DNA of 62,734 nucleotides, the filler included, from Nemertoderma westbladi (lineage: Eukaryota; Animalia; Xenacoelomorpha): the NCBI GenBank assembly GCA_032718475.1. It is 4 parts of 4 records of this genome, joined end to end, with 100 filler letters (N's around TTAATTAATTAA, not from the genome) between each part and the next. Parts side by side here need not be neighbours in the genome. Positions count along the whole stretch, not along the records: positions 23,736 to 50,265 come from JAUCBJ010004587.1; 3 more parts are not named here. One strand, given 5' to 3'. How positions within the stretch are numbered: position 1 is the stretch's first letter; the number at the start of each line of letters is the position of its first letter. The position numbers were made by a program, and so were the translations under genes. The notes beneath the pieces are model-generated. The model was not told the origin of the DNA and did not search any database. It saw only the letters and a list, made by a program, of their open reading frames with translations. Positions 25,381 to 38,496 of this stretch are shown here, one piece after another.

Positions 25381-26220
25381 AGTTTATATCAGCTTCGAAC
25401 TCAAATATTCTTTTTCCCTAAGAGGCTTGTTAATAAAGTTGTGACATCTTATCTGATAACCTTGAAAGAGGAGGAAAGTAAGACATCCCCCTGCTGAAAA
25501 CTCCTCTTCTGGCATTATCTTCAGATCCCCTGAAGCCTAGTTAATTGGCTACTTAGTAGTCCAAGTAGCGTCGCTTCCATTGCCTATTTTCTTATTTAAT
25601 CAAGGAAGAGATTATCATATTTTAATTGGAGGGTTCGACTATCTATCTATGTGTGTTAGATTCTGAGATTTCTGTTTTAGAAATGGAACAAAGACAGTTT
25701 TATTGTCATCAATTATCATTATTATAATAACACTAAGACGCCCCAATAACTCGAAGAATACCAGTACTTACAGTACCTATCATTATCAATTGAAGGAAAG
25801 AAGCGGTTTACACAGGCTGGATTTTCTAACCAAAACAATAAACTATATGATTACCATTTGAGGGAGAGAGAGAGGTTACAGATGCAGGATTTTCAGACCA
25901 AAACAAAAAACCTCTAGGAAACATTATAAATTCAGTAGGACCAGATCACTTATGCAGGCTTTTCTAACCAGAACAATAATACTACACAGTGCCAGACTGC
26001 TGTATTCCACATATTTAATATTTCTGGTTGACTGCTGTATTGTATCATTAACAATGTAATGAATGGAGCAGTTTTTCGACTTTATTGGGGCGACCAAATC
26101 GGCTAGCAGATCCAGGTCCCGGGTGACCGAATCTGAGGAGGTCAGAATCCCCAGTTACATTACTATAGAGCGCTATATACTGACAGATTATTCTTTGCGA
26201 AAGGTGAATTGGTAGTTGAT

Positions 26221-27835
26221 TGTGGGGCGAGCCACGAAGTGAGTGAGCCTTAGCGTAGTGGTACCATTAATCAACCTGTCGTTCTGTCGTTCTGTCGTTC
26301 TGTCGTTCTGTCGCGTCCAATTTTAAACGTTAATAACTCAGCCAATCTTTGATGAAATCTATCCAAACTTGGTACACATGTTGTTTGGCAAAAGTTTAGA
26401 AATTTTCCAAGTAGAATTTCCGTGTGGCCTTCAAGAAGCTAAGATAATAGCAGTTAATTAGTTAATTAAGTTGATTACGGTAAAAACACCATTTTCAACC
26501 TGCCTGTTAAAGGAAATTAATTGTTTTACAGTATAAGATTTAAATAATTATACTTAAAAATTATACAGATGTAATCCACATACGCCATTCTATTATAGTT
26601 TTTAATTAGTTCAAGTGATTTGCTTTATTAATTGTGTCTTTAATTGATCTAAAGTAATTAAAACGTCATAAAAAATTGATTCTCATTAAATACTGCTCAT
26701 TTATTGGCTAACATGCTGGTACGATGGAAGGATGTGTGTGTAAGGCAGCTAGTTGCTGGGAATGATTATTGGTCAAGTCTCTGCTGGTGTGGAGCTAGCT
26801 GGGAGTTGTGGCTGTAGACTAACCAGAGAGAAATTGTAATAGGCAACCAGTATTGCTATTCCAGCCCAGGCAGCATTCCAACATCCCAACATCCTTCCTG
26901 TATTGACTCTACTATAAGTGTTGTATTGCTATCTCAGGTAAATGACAGATATAATAACATAAATACCATCCATGGCATGGCTGTTGTGTAGGCTTATCTG
27001 AAATAGTTTATTCCACAATGTATATGTCTGGTTATTTTTTAATTGAATTTTTACAAAGTAGTAAAATTAATGTTCTTAAAAATAATATTATTATTTTATA
27101 TGTAACCTAGGAAATTAGCTACATTTTTTCGCTGCAGCTTTAAGAGTGTACATTGATTTAATATTATTTCAATACCCATATTACTACATCGGCATAAGAT
27201 GCGTTGGCGTTGTATCACACATCTCCACATATCACACATCTCCACATAGATGTATCGCACAGTTTCGAAACTTCGCATAGTTATAACTGTATAAAGATCG
27301 TCAGTCTGCGTTTAGGAAAAATATTTTATGACAAAACAGGACAAGCGACGAGCGCAACGAGGCATATAATGAAGACGAGTACCTCGTTGACTAAATTATT
27401 ATATAAACCACCTGGCTTCACATATTGATCGCATCCCTAATTATTATTATTATAAATATCGTCAGCCTGCGTTTAAGAAATATATTTAAATACAAAACAG
27501 GACGAACGCAAAGAGGCTTATAATGAAAACGAGTACTGCGTTTATTATATTCCTATAAACCACCTGGCTTTGCATATTTAACGTGCGATTGGAAATAAGT
27601 TCGTGCTACCCTTCCGTGGGTGGTAGATTTCCCGGTTATGTATTGGTGGTTGGGAAGGTTGGGGGGGGGGGGGGGGGGGGGGATTAAAAGGGGTGAACAC
27701 GTACTGTCCCCCTTTCTTTGATTGATTGGTGGTGTGGGTAAATTTCTCAAAACCTGATTTTGTGATACAGTCGCTCAATTTTAATTTGTATCTAATAACT
27801 GGGCCTCGTGCTGCGCGAAGGCCCCACGAACGTGT
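26221..27835 (+). mobile_element. Non-autonomous Helentron/DINE-like element, long copy
   Basis: 5' end tgtggggcgagccacgaagt..gagccttagcg, a (ctgtcgtt)n microsatellite, aaacttggtacac, and 3' end cgtgctgcgcgaaggccccac. The same ends occur at 42219-42505 and 46811-47332. An internal direct duplication of about 130 bp lies at 27297-27578. Confidence 0.65.
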
Positions 27836-28079
27836 TTAACTTGTGTTAAGCCCCCCTCCCCCTTAATTAAGGTGTTTTTTTTTATAAATGGCGACATTTT
27901 TTTTCTTTTTGTATTATGTATGAATGAGTCCATATAATGTTAAAAATTTAACAATTCCAAAAAAGTTGCATTTTTTCCAAATTTGCATTGAAATCGCATT
28001 GAGGTAACGATTTAGCCAGAGTTAGACATGGATAAAATAAATATCTTAAATAGTTATCTTGATTTGATACTATGTATTC

Positions 28080-28966
28080 TTGACCCATAATATAGTGTCA
28101 TTCTCAGATGACAAGGAACGACCCAAAAAAATTTCTACAAAATCTTTATCATATTGCATGAAATGTTAAACACAACCAGTATAACTCACAGGACCGCGAT
28201 CACCCCATGAAGCCGAAATATTAAAAAAAAAATTTTTTTTTAGCCTTTTAAATGTGCCTTTTCAGAAATTGCCTCCTTCGTATCGTGGCCATTCTTCACA
28301 TTAATCATTAGAAAGCTGCCCATGCAAGGATTCCCATTATGTAACAATTTCTGAATTTCGTTCAGAAACAGCAGAGATTTAGGCGTTCAAAGATTGAAAG
28401 AATTATCGTTCGCTGTAGGCCATTTATTCTATTTAACAAATTCACAATGTTCTGGAACATTTTCTTTTATGTATGAATAGCTACGCAATGGAGATATTGT
28501 ATAGGCATACCACGCTGTTGCCCACCAACTCATAAAATAAATAACACATTCTAGAATCATGTGTATTTATTAAATAGAATAAATGCCCTACAGCGAATGA
28601 TCGTTATTGCAATCTTTGAACGCCTATATCTCAGCTGTTTCTCAACGAAATTCAGATATTATTACTTATTTCGAATCCTTGTAACGCAAGCTTTCTAATG
28701 ATATGTACGTATAATGTGAAGAATGGCCAATCTACATAGGATGCGATTTAGCAAAAGATACTTTTGAAAATTCTAGTAAAAAAATTTAAGGCAAATCCTA
28801 AGAATCCGGCTTCGTGGTAACCACAACGCAATGGAGCGGGAATTGAACTAGATGTCTTTCAAATTTCAAGCAATATGATAAAGATTTGTAGAAATGTTTG
28901 GGGGAGGGGGGGGGGGGGGGGGGGGGGGAACCGTGTTATCAGAAAATGACACTATATTACGGGTCA
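28080..28966. mobile_element. Large foldback MITE, about 890 bp, almost wholly palindromic
   Basis: tgacccataatatagtgtcatt / aatgacactatattacgggtca, with inner arms tttctacaaaatctttatcatattgc / gcaatatgataaagatttgtagaaa, tggccattcttcacatta / taatgtgaagaatggcca and tcgctgtaggccatttattctatttaa / ttaaatagaataaatgccctacagcga. Termini resemble 2557-2916. Confidence 0.85.
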
Positions 28967-29559
28967 TGGTTTATTAAATTATAGTGCGTGGTGCTTCGTG
29001 GTACTTATGGGTGTGAGTGGGCGCGGGACTTTATTGTGTGATTAATTAATTTATTATTCAAATATGTTAATCATTGCTGGCTGGGTCACTTTCTCCTCTT
29101 TATCCAGGCTACAAACTTCCCTAGCTAGGGTTGTATGTACAATACCGAGGCTCATGGGGCGTCGTTTAACTGCCGCCCTGGCTGTATAATAATAGTTTCT
29201 GGGTGAGCATTAAGAAATATAAGTGAATTAACCGAGTTAGAAGGTTTCATGTAAGTTAAAAATCAATAGAGCAGCATTTTGTGGTGACGAGAGTGTTAAG
29301 AAACCTACTGTGGAAACGTGTTTCCATATTTTACTTAAATGTAAAATGGTTGAATGGCACATAATAAATTGTTCTATGAACTTACTAGTTAAGGGGGACT
29401 TTCGATGCAAACAGTCGACATATACAACAGCTGATTACTCACTTTGAAAAGTTAAATTAATTTTTTTTTGACCTGAGATTTGGGTAACCTCCCCCCCCCC
29501 CCCTTCCTTTTTCCCCTCTGCCCCACTCAACGGCCTCCCTCGAAATTATCTACTTAATC

Positions 29560-29892
29560 TAACTCCAGGTGGACTATCATGGTGGTTAACAATATTTACT
29601 TTAGGAATCCGAGTGGAAGGGTTTACAGTATAATAATAGGTCGAGGGTTCGAAACCCGCCGCAGGATCAGGGATGCGTTCATATTGCAGGACCACATGGA
29701 CGCTTTAAAGTTTCCTCCCAGGGCGACTCTCTCTGCCTTACTATTATAACTTTTTGTTGGGCCCAGCTTTTGCAAAGTCAGCAATGACGTCCAGGTGGGA
29801 TCGAACTGGTGACCTCCGGATTTGAAGATTTCACCCATCTGTCAATACCATCATATGCTGTCACCGTGCTCAACCCTACCGCACTTGGCCGT
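29560..29892 (-). mobile_element. Probable tRNA-derived SINE
   Basis: B-box-like agttcgatcccac on the minus strand at about 29794-29807 inside a GC-richer island; boundaries approximate. Confidence 0.4.
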
Positions 29893-30297
29893 CTTCCTTA
29901 CATCTTAACTGGTAGCTAAATGAATACTGCTGGACTTTCCTATGTGGAGTTTAGATATTGAAGTAGTCAGACTTTGTGCGTAATCCCAAGCTAAATATCC
30001 CTATGAACTTAAATATCTCAAGGTCGCTGCCAGCGCAGACTGGGGGAAATTCTAAGTGCAGTTGATATTTACAAGGTTTCTGTTAAATCCCGACTTGAGG
30101 AGATTTATACATTAATTACTAAATCGCTTTGATTTGAACGGAAATTACACCCACCATTGCGATTGTAAAACGTAATTACATTGAATTGAAAGGGTTTCAG
30201 TATATTTGTAGCGTCTGTCTGTAAGATACAACATTAGAGTTAAGCAATTTACAGGTAAAAATTTATTTTTTTTTCTTTACTTTCATTACTTTCTGTA

Positions 30298-30653
30298 CCG
30301 GTGTAACAGGCTGAGATAACTCCCCACCAAACATGACTCCCCTGTCTTCTCAACCTATAGGCTAAGAACACGCCCCATTTTTCTCCCTAGGTTTCTTTAA
30401 TCAACGGAAAGGAGCAGGCGACAGTGGCGAGCTTTTCTAACCAAAACAATAAACGATATCTCAATAACATAGGTTACTGTTTTATTTTTGCAATATACGA
30501 AAATATCACAGGTGCGGATATGAATTTAACTCAATTAGGGGAGTCATCTCAGACTAAGGGGAGTAATCTCAGCCTAAGGGGAGTGTTCTCAGTCTAGGCT
30601 GAGATAACTGGGGAGTCATCTCAAAAAGGTGTTATCTCAGCCTTGTACACCGG
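30298..30653. mobile_element. Tc1/mariner (pogo-like) MITE
   Basis: TIRs ccggtgtaacaggctgagataac / gttatctcagccttgtacaccgg flanked by TA on both sides; internal ggggagt..tctcag repeats. Confidence 0.85.
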
Positions 30654-30937
30654 TACATCGATACGGTAATTATCTGTACTTTTGCGAGAATACCATTTGT
30701 TAGAGAAGCGAACGATATTTCAAAACTAATATAATGAAATATAAATTTTCAGTAATGGAGTTTAAATGTTTTACATTTTTTCAATTCAATATTTACATAG
30801 ACTATTTGTGGCTTTTGCGTACCAAAGATAAATTACATAAATTTTTACTTCCAAGGACCAATATTATTATTTTCTTATCGAACCAGAGATTTTTAAAGAG
30901 GATAACCATATATTATATACTACTTATCCAACCACCA

Positions 30938-31342
30938 AAGGCGGCACACTGCCGCCTTTAACCATTTCCAAAATTTTACTTCCTTCACCTTTGAACTCCA
31001 TGGGCGGCACACTGCCGTCTTCGTAACATATTATTGGTTAAATTTAAATTTAATTTCATAAATTATTTAATTTTAAGTACCCTCAAACTAGGAATCCCTT
31101 TAAGCAATATTAAAAAATCTTCGAATATGAACTCTATTTTTCCGTCCCAATAGATTTAACAAAGTTATGAGAGGTTTTAAATAAAGGCGGCACTCTGCCG
31201 CACTGGGGGTCAGAATAATATATGTAAAGGCGGCACTCTGCCGCCGCCTTGGGGGTCAGAATAATATATGTAAAGGCGGTACTCTGCCGCCGCCTTGGGG
31301 GTTAAGTTCTAATTATAAAAAGGCGGCACAATGCCGCCTTAA
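30938..31342. repeat. Cluster of six ggcggca-N3-tgccgcc palindromes, including a roughly 45-bp tandem repeat
   Basis: Copies at about 30938, 31002, 31183, 31226, 31272 and 31319; probably sub-terminal motifs of a DNA transposon. Confidence 0.7.
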
Positions 31343-31528
31343 TGAGCATGGTCCTGAATTATTTAGAATGTAAATTTTTTAAGTGCTGGTATACGCCAAG
31401 GGTTAATCTACTACAGCAGTACATAATTATCATAACCCGTCTTAAATATCTATATGATTTAACACATATTCGGTATACAACAAATATTGTCCTGTTTTTA
31501 TATTATATTAATATTTTACATTTTGCAG

Positions 31529-31611
31529 ATTAAGTTTGACACTTTATTGTCGTATGAAGCTTCATAAATTTCCAATGGACACACAAAATTGCCTCATGCA
31601 ATTAGAAAGTT
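31529..31611 (+). CDS. Cys-loop ligand-gated ion channel subunit (glycine receptor/GluCl-like), Cys-loop exon
   Basis: ttttgcag|83 nt|gtaagt encoding (R)LSLTLYCRMKLHKFPMDTQNCLMQLES(Y): C-x13-C with FPMD. The 83-nt size and phases match the conserved GlyR/GABA-A exon. Confidence 0.93.
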
Positions 31612-34377
31612 GTAAGTATTATTGCCGCTTGTAATTTGTTACTATTATTGTATTTATGTCGAAAATGATTTATTTACACGATCCACTTCTTAGGACTTTG
31701 ATTTCTGCTAATTAGTTGAGCTTCTCTATTTGTACACACCCCCCCCCCCCCCCCCATCCCATGGGGGTTGCAATGAGGCATATATGTGGGGTACTGGTTT
31801 GACCTAGGATCGCACAATGTCCATAACAAAGGAAATGCATTAATGATGGATTGTATATCCCGGATGTTCCATTTACATATTAATTCCATGTTAAATTAAA
31901 ATTTATACTAATAATATTTAAATTTTCATTGCCATCAGAAGCTTTTGTATATGACTCTGTCTGTGATGGTGGTGTGATGTATATAAAAAAAAACCAACAA
32001 ATAAAATTTTACATTTTTATCATATTAATTACAATTAATAATTACAATTTTTGCTTAATTAAATATAATGTTCTTTGTTTTTAATATTTTCATATGAAGT
32101 GCGCAGTGTTTTTTATTTTTTTTTGGTTTTTATATTGTTGCCAACATCGAAGTTTTTGCCGTTTCGTTTTTAACATAATAATTTTTAATCATAACGTGCC
32201 AACTAATTATTCTATGTTTATTTTTTATTATTGTCAGATAGAGATAATAATCAGTAATTTAGAACACTAAACTGTCTTTCATTCAAACAAAATTCTAACT
32301 AAAGACGGGTGGTGAATGCCCGACCATGCTGCCATGACCATGGAAATAATTTTAAATATAATTATATATCAAATATTTTGAAAGGCTTCCAAGTTAATCC
32401 CCAAAACAATTATTTCATTACATATAGTAAATAACATTGCATGTTCTTCTTCCTCTCATAATGAAATATATCTATTGCAGTAACATTTCACAACCAAAAT
32501 GTTTCAGTGTGAAAAGTGTACCACACGCCCACCAAAACAGCCGCAAACGTATAGCCAACAAAGTGATCAAAAGGTTATATATGTTGGGTTCATGACGAGT
32601 GAAAATTGATCGTGTAATATAAACTAAATTAAACGTCGGGCTGGCTCTCCTCCACTTTCTTACCCAATGGAAATGTTGTTGTTATAATCTAATATTGGGG
32701 CGGCTTTCTTTCGGTTTCGGAAAATTGATAAATTTTTAAATACAATTAATTCATATCGGAAAATACAATTCTGATAACTAAGATCTCCATATAGGGGTGA
32801 TAGAAATCGACAATCGGAATTGATACAGTGACAAATAATTTCGTTTTTGGAATTATTTTTGGAATAAATTTGGAATTAAACTATAAGTAAAGTTACGGAT
32901 TACAGCCGAGGCCGAGCCGTTAGGTACACGGTTACATACAAACATTACCAACAGCGCTGCAGTAACGGGGATAACCCATAATCATTCTAAATTCTAACTT
33001 TATTATCTAAATGTATTCTATATGTATTAAGGAAAGCAAAGCAACAATAAGATTATTATACACTGTTTTAGAGTAGTTGCACCACAATTGTACAGTATAC
33101 TGTGCAGTGCATGCTACTACTACAATATGACTTGAATAAAGTTACTTTAATTGAATTAGAGCACTTAAAGAAACGACGTTTTATGCTATTACCTTGCACA
33201 ATAATGCACATAGAGCTTTCAACATTGTCTTACTATATCCTTGTCATATGATAGTGTGTCAGTAATAATATGCCCAAGATATTTAATTGCCTCTTTTACT
33301 GGAATAATCATGTTACTGTTTTAATTAGTAGGAATTAACCACTTTGACTATTTTTAAATAACAAATTGAAACTGTTACCGTATATAGTACTAAATAACAA
33401 TTGTTCAACAAAAATTGCAAATATACCTTTAGTATGGTGAAATTATATTGACGGGGTTTAAATTGTTGAAAGTAATTAACAATCTTAACTATCTGATAGC
33501 TGGTGTTTAGTTGGGTAATTATTTACGTAGGTACATGGCTTTGGATACTAATAGGTTGCTTAAAGGATAAACTACTAGTTATAACTCGCCACTGCAACCT
33601 GCTCATTTTCCGTAATTGATAATTTACATCAATTATTATGCAAAATTGTTAAAAACTATAGGGAATTTTGTTTAAAATATGGATTATTTCCAATGTATAT
33701 ATTTTTATTTTCAAAAGAATAAAATGATTCAAAATATATCATATCAAGTATATAAGTTTATCATTTCGTATTCCAGAATCATAACATATGAATCTATATA
33801 AATTAATTATCATCGACAATATATAATATATCATTAAGTAATAGTTTAGTATAATGCCCCCTACAAATCACTGTATCACGCAAAGCGAAATTCTGAAGAA
33901 AAAGTTGCACAATAATATTGTGCAACTTTTTGTTGAGAATTTCGTATTATATATATTAAACATAAACATATTATGTTTATGCATTTTGTTATCTTATATC
34001 GGAATATTTGATTGAGCGTTCATATAATGTTTTTCAAGATACTTTTCCATTACAATGTGAAGTTATGTTTCTTGCTTGTCCTTTCTTCTCAAAGAAACAA
34101 CCCATTAAACAAAGTTAAAATTCTGACAGATTTCACTTAGACATGGTGGTTCACCTTTATTGTTTTGCACATCGTCACAAACACCATTCCAACACTTACA
34201 AGGTAATTAGTTTGTTTACGAATATTTATAAGAATGCAGCTTGTAATATAAATTCCTGCGCGAATAAATATTTGTATGTAAATAATTTTCCCTATGTGAT
34301 AGAAACTGAGTAACTAATAATGGCATTATCATTTAAACGTATAATGGATGGGAGAAAATTTTGCGCTCGTTAAGCCA

Positions 34378-37300
34378 AGGAATGCCTGTTCACCACCATG
34401 GGTGATCTTCCACAGTAAACCATTCCACTATGTTTCCTAAAGGAATACCTGTTCACCACCATCCATGGGTAATCTTCCACAGTAAACCATTCCACTCCAT
34501 TTCCTAAAGGATGCCTGTTCACCACCATATGGGTGATCTTCCATAGTAAACCCTTCCACTCTGTCCCCTAAAGGAATGCCTGTTCACCACCATGGGTGAT
34601 CTTCCACAGTAAACCATTCCACTATGTTTCCTAAAGGAATACCTGTTCACCACCATCCATAGGTAATCTTCCACAGTAAACCATTCCACTCCATTTCCTA
34701 AAGGATGCCTGTTCACCACCATATGGGTGATCTTCCATAGTAAACCCTTCCACTCTGTCCCCTAAAGGAATGCCTGTTCACCACCATGGGGGATCTTCCA
34801 CAGTAAACCCTTCCACTCTGTTTCCTAAAGGAATGCCTGTTCACCACCAAGGGGGATCTTCCACAGTAAACCCTTCCACTCTGTTTCCTAAAGGAATGCC
34901 TGTTCACCACCATGGGGGATCTTCCACAGTAAACCCTTCCACTCTGTTTCCTAAAGGAATGCCTGTTCACCACCATGGGGGATCTTCCACAGTAAACCGT
35001 TCCACTCTGTTTCCTAAAGGAATGCTTTTTCACCACCATGGGTGATCTTCCACAGTAAACCCTTCCACTCTATTTCCTAAAGGAATGCCTTTTCACCACC
35101 ATGGGTGATCTTCCACAGTAAACTCTTCCACTCTGTTTCCTAAAGGAATGCCTGTTCACCACCATGGGTAATCTTCCATAGTAAACCCTTCCACTCTGTC
35201 CCCTAAAGAAATGCCTGTTCACCACCATGGGTGATCTTCCACAGTAAACCCTTCCACTCTGTTTCCTAAAGGAATGCCTGTTCACCACCATGGGGGATCT
35301 TCCACAGTAAACCCTTCCACTCTGTTTCCTAAATGAATGCCTGTTTACTACCATGGGGGATCTTCCACAGTAAACCCTTCCACTCTGTTTCCTAAAGGAA
35401 TGCCTGTTTACTACCATGGGTGATCTTTCACAGTAAACCATTCCACTATGTTTCCTAAAGGAATACCTGTTCACCACCATCCATGGGTAATCTTCCACAG
35501 TAAACCATTCCACTCCATTTCCTAAAGGATGCCTGTTCACCACCATATGGGTGATCTTCCATAGTAAACCCTTCCACTCTGTCCCCTAAAGGAATGCCTG
35601 TTCACCACCATGGGTGATCTTCCACAGTAAACCCTTCCACTCTGTTTCCTAAAGGAATGCCTGTTCACCACCATGGGGGATCTTCCACAGTAAACCCTTC
35701 CACTCTGTTTCCTAAAGGAATGCCTGTTCACCACCAAGGGGGATCTTCCACAGTAAACCCTTCCACTCTGTTTCCTAAAGGAATGCCTGTTCACCACCAT
35801 GGGGGATCTTCCACAGTAAACCCTTCCACTCTGTTTCCTAAAGGAATGCCTGTTCACCACCATGGGGGATCTTCCACAGTAAACCGTTCCACTCTGTTTC
35901 CTAAAGGAATGCCTGTTCACCACCATGGGTGATCTTCCACAGTAAACCATTCCACTATGTTTCCTAAAGGAATACCTGTTCACCACCATCCATGGGTAAT
36001 CTTCCACAGTAAACCATTCCACTCCATTTCCTAAAGGATGCCTGTTCACCACCATATGGGTGATCTTCCATAGTAAACCCTTCCACTCTGTCCCCTAAAG
36101 GAATGCCTGTTCACCACCACGGGTGATCTTCCACAGTAAACCATTCCACTATGTTTCCTAAAGGAATACCTGTTCACCACAATCCATGGGTAATCTTCCA
36201 CAGTAAACCATTCCACTCCATTTCCTAAAGGATGCCTGTTCACCACAATATGGGTGATCTTCCATAGTAAACCCTTCCACTCTGTCCCCTAAAGGAATGC
36301 CTGTTCACCACCATGGGTGATCTTCCACAGTAAACCCTTCCACTCTGTTTCCTAAAGGAAAGCCTGTTCACCACCATGGGTGATCTTCCACAGTAAACCA
36401 TTCCACTATGTTTCCTAAAGGAATACTTGTTCACCACCATCCATGGGTAATCTTCCACAGTAAACCATTCCACTCCATTTCCTAAAGGATGCCTGTTCAC
36501 CACCATATGGGTGATCTTCCATGGTAAACCCTTCCACTCTGTCCCCTAAAGAAATGCCTGTTCACCACCATGGGTGATCTTCCACAGTAAACCCTTCCAC
36601 TCTGTTTCCTAAAGGAATGCCTGTTCACCACCATGGGGGATCTTCCACAGTAAACCCTTCCACTCTGTTTCCTAAATGAATGCCTGTTTACTACCATGGG
36701 GGATCTTCCACAGTAAACCCTTCCACTCTGTTTCCTAAAGGAATGCCTGTTTACTACCATGGGTGATCTTTCACAGTAAACCCTTCCACTCTGTTTCCTA
36801 AAGGAATGCCTGTTCACCACCAAGGGGGATCTTCCACAGTAAACCCTTCCACTCTGTTTCCTAAAGGAATGCCTGTTCACCACAGTAAACCGTTCCACTC
36901 TGTTTCCTAAATGAATGCTTTTTCACCACCATGGCTGATCTTCCACAGTAAACCCTTCCACTCTGTTTCCTAAAGGAATGCCTTTTCACCACCATGGGTG
37001 ATCTTTCACAGTAAACTCTTCCACTCTGTTTCCTAAAGGAATGCCTGTTCACCACCATGGGTAATCTTCCACAGTAAACCCTTCCACTCTGTTTCCTAAT
37101 GTAATGCCTGTTCACCACCATGGGTGATCTTCCACAGTAAACCCTTCCACTCTGTTTCCTAAAGGAATGCTTTTTCACCACCATGGGTGATCTTCCACAG
37201 TAAACCCTTCCACTCTGTTTCCTAAAGGAATGCCTTTTCACCATCAGGGATGATCTTTCACAGTAAACCCATCCACTCTGTTTCCTAAAGGAATGCTTTT

Positions 37301-38170
37301 TCACCACCATGGGTGATCTTCCACAGTAAACCCTTCCACTCTGTTTCCTAAAGGAATGCCTGTTCACCACCATGGGTGATCTTCTACAGTAAACTCTTCC
37401 ACTCTGTTTCCTAAAGGAATGCCTGTTCACCACCATGGGTAATCTTCCACAGTAAACCCTTCCACTCTGTTTCCTAATGTAATGCCTGTTCACCACCATG
37501 GGTGATCTTCCACAGTAAACCCTTCCACTCTCTTTCCTAAAGGAGTGCCTGTTCACCACCATGGGTGATCCTCCACAGTAAACCCTTCCACTCTGTTTCC
37601 TAAAGGAATGCCTGTTCACCACCATGGGGGATCTTCCACACTAACCCTTCCACTTTGTTCCCCAAAGGAATGCCTGTTCACCACCACGGGTGATCTTCCA
37701 CAGTAAACCCTGCCACTCTGTTTCCTAAAGGAATGCCTGTTCACCACCATGGGTGATCTTCCACAGTAAACCCTTCCACTCTGTTTCCTAAAGGAATACC
37801 TGTTCACCATCATGGGGGATCTTCCACACTATTCCCTTCCACTCTGTTCCCCAAAGGAATGCCTGTTCACCACCACGGGTGATCTTCCACAGTAAACCCT
37901 GCCACTCTGTTTCCTAAAGGAATGCCTGTTCACCACCATGGGTGATCTTCCACAGTAACCCTTCCACTCTGTTCCCCAAAGGAATGCCTTTTCACCACCA
38001 TGGGTGATCTTCAACAGTAAACCCTTCCACTCTGTTTCCTAAAGGAATGCCTGTTCACAGCCATGGGTGATCTTCCACAGTAAACCCTTCCACTCTGTTC
38101 CCTAAAGGAATGCCTGTTCACCACCATGGATGATCTTTCACATTAACCCTTCCACTCTGTTTCACCATAA
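34378..38170. repeat. Minisatellite, 63-bp unit, about 60 copies, with higher-order variants; intronic to the channel gene
   Basis: Unit aaggaatgcctgttcaccaccatgggtgatcttccacagtaaacccttccactctgtttccta; a recurring triplet of variant units (tatgttt..aatacc / atccatgggtaat..ctccattt / atatggg..tgtcccc). Confidence 0.97.
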
Positions 38171-38496
38171 TGAGTGATCTTGATCTTACACTATAAACCC
38201 TTCCACCACTCTGTACTTACAGTAATAGGCCTATGTTGTTGAGCTTGTATAACTTAATAATATATAGAATATTCTTATCCAGTCAGGATAAAATTGATTG
38301 AAAATGACATTAGTGAATTTTAAATTGTCAATGGAAGGTTAAATATTCCATTTTTTGTATCAATTGGATTATTTCATGTGATTGATTTAGAAATCAATTT
38401 GAAAATTGAAATTGAAATTCAGAATTACTGATACCCTCCGCTTTCTGAAGTAAAAATTCTAAAGTTATGATTTTAAACCTCACTTTTACCATAGTT

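Noticed and set aside
38214-38260. Minus-strand gtaagta donor next to the 63-bp array
   Set aside because: No acceptor or plausible exon was found upstream on that strand.
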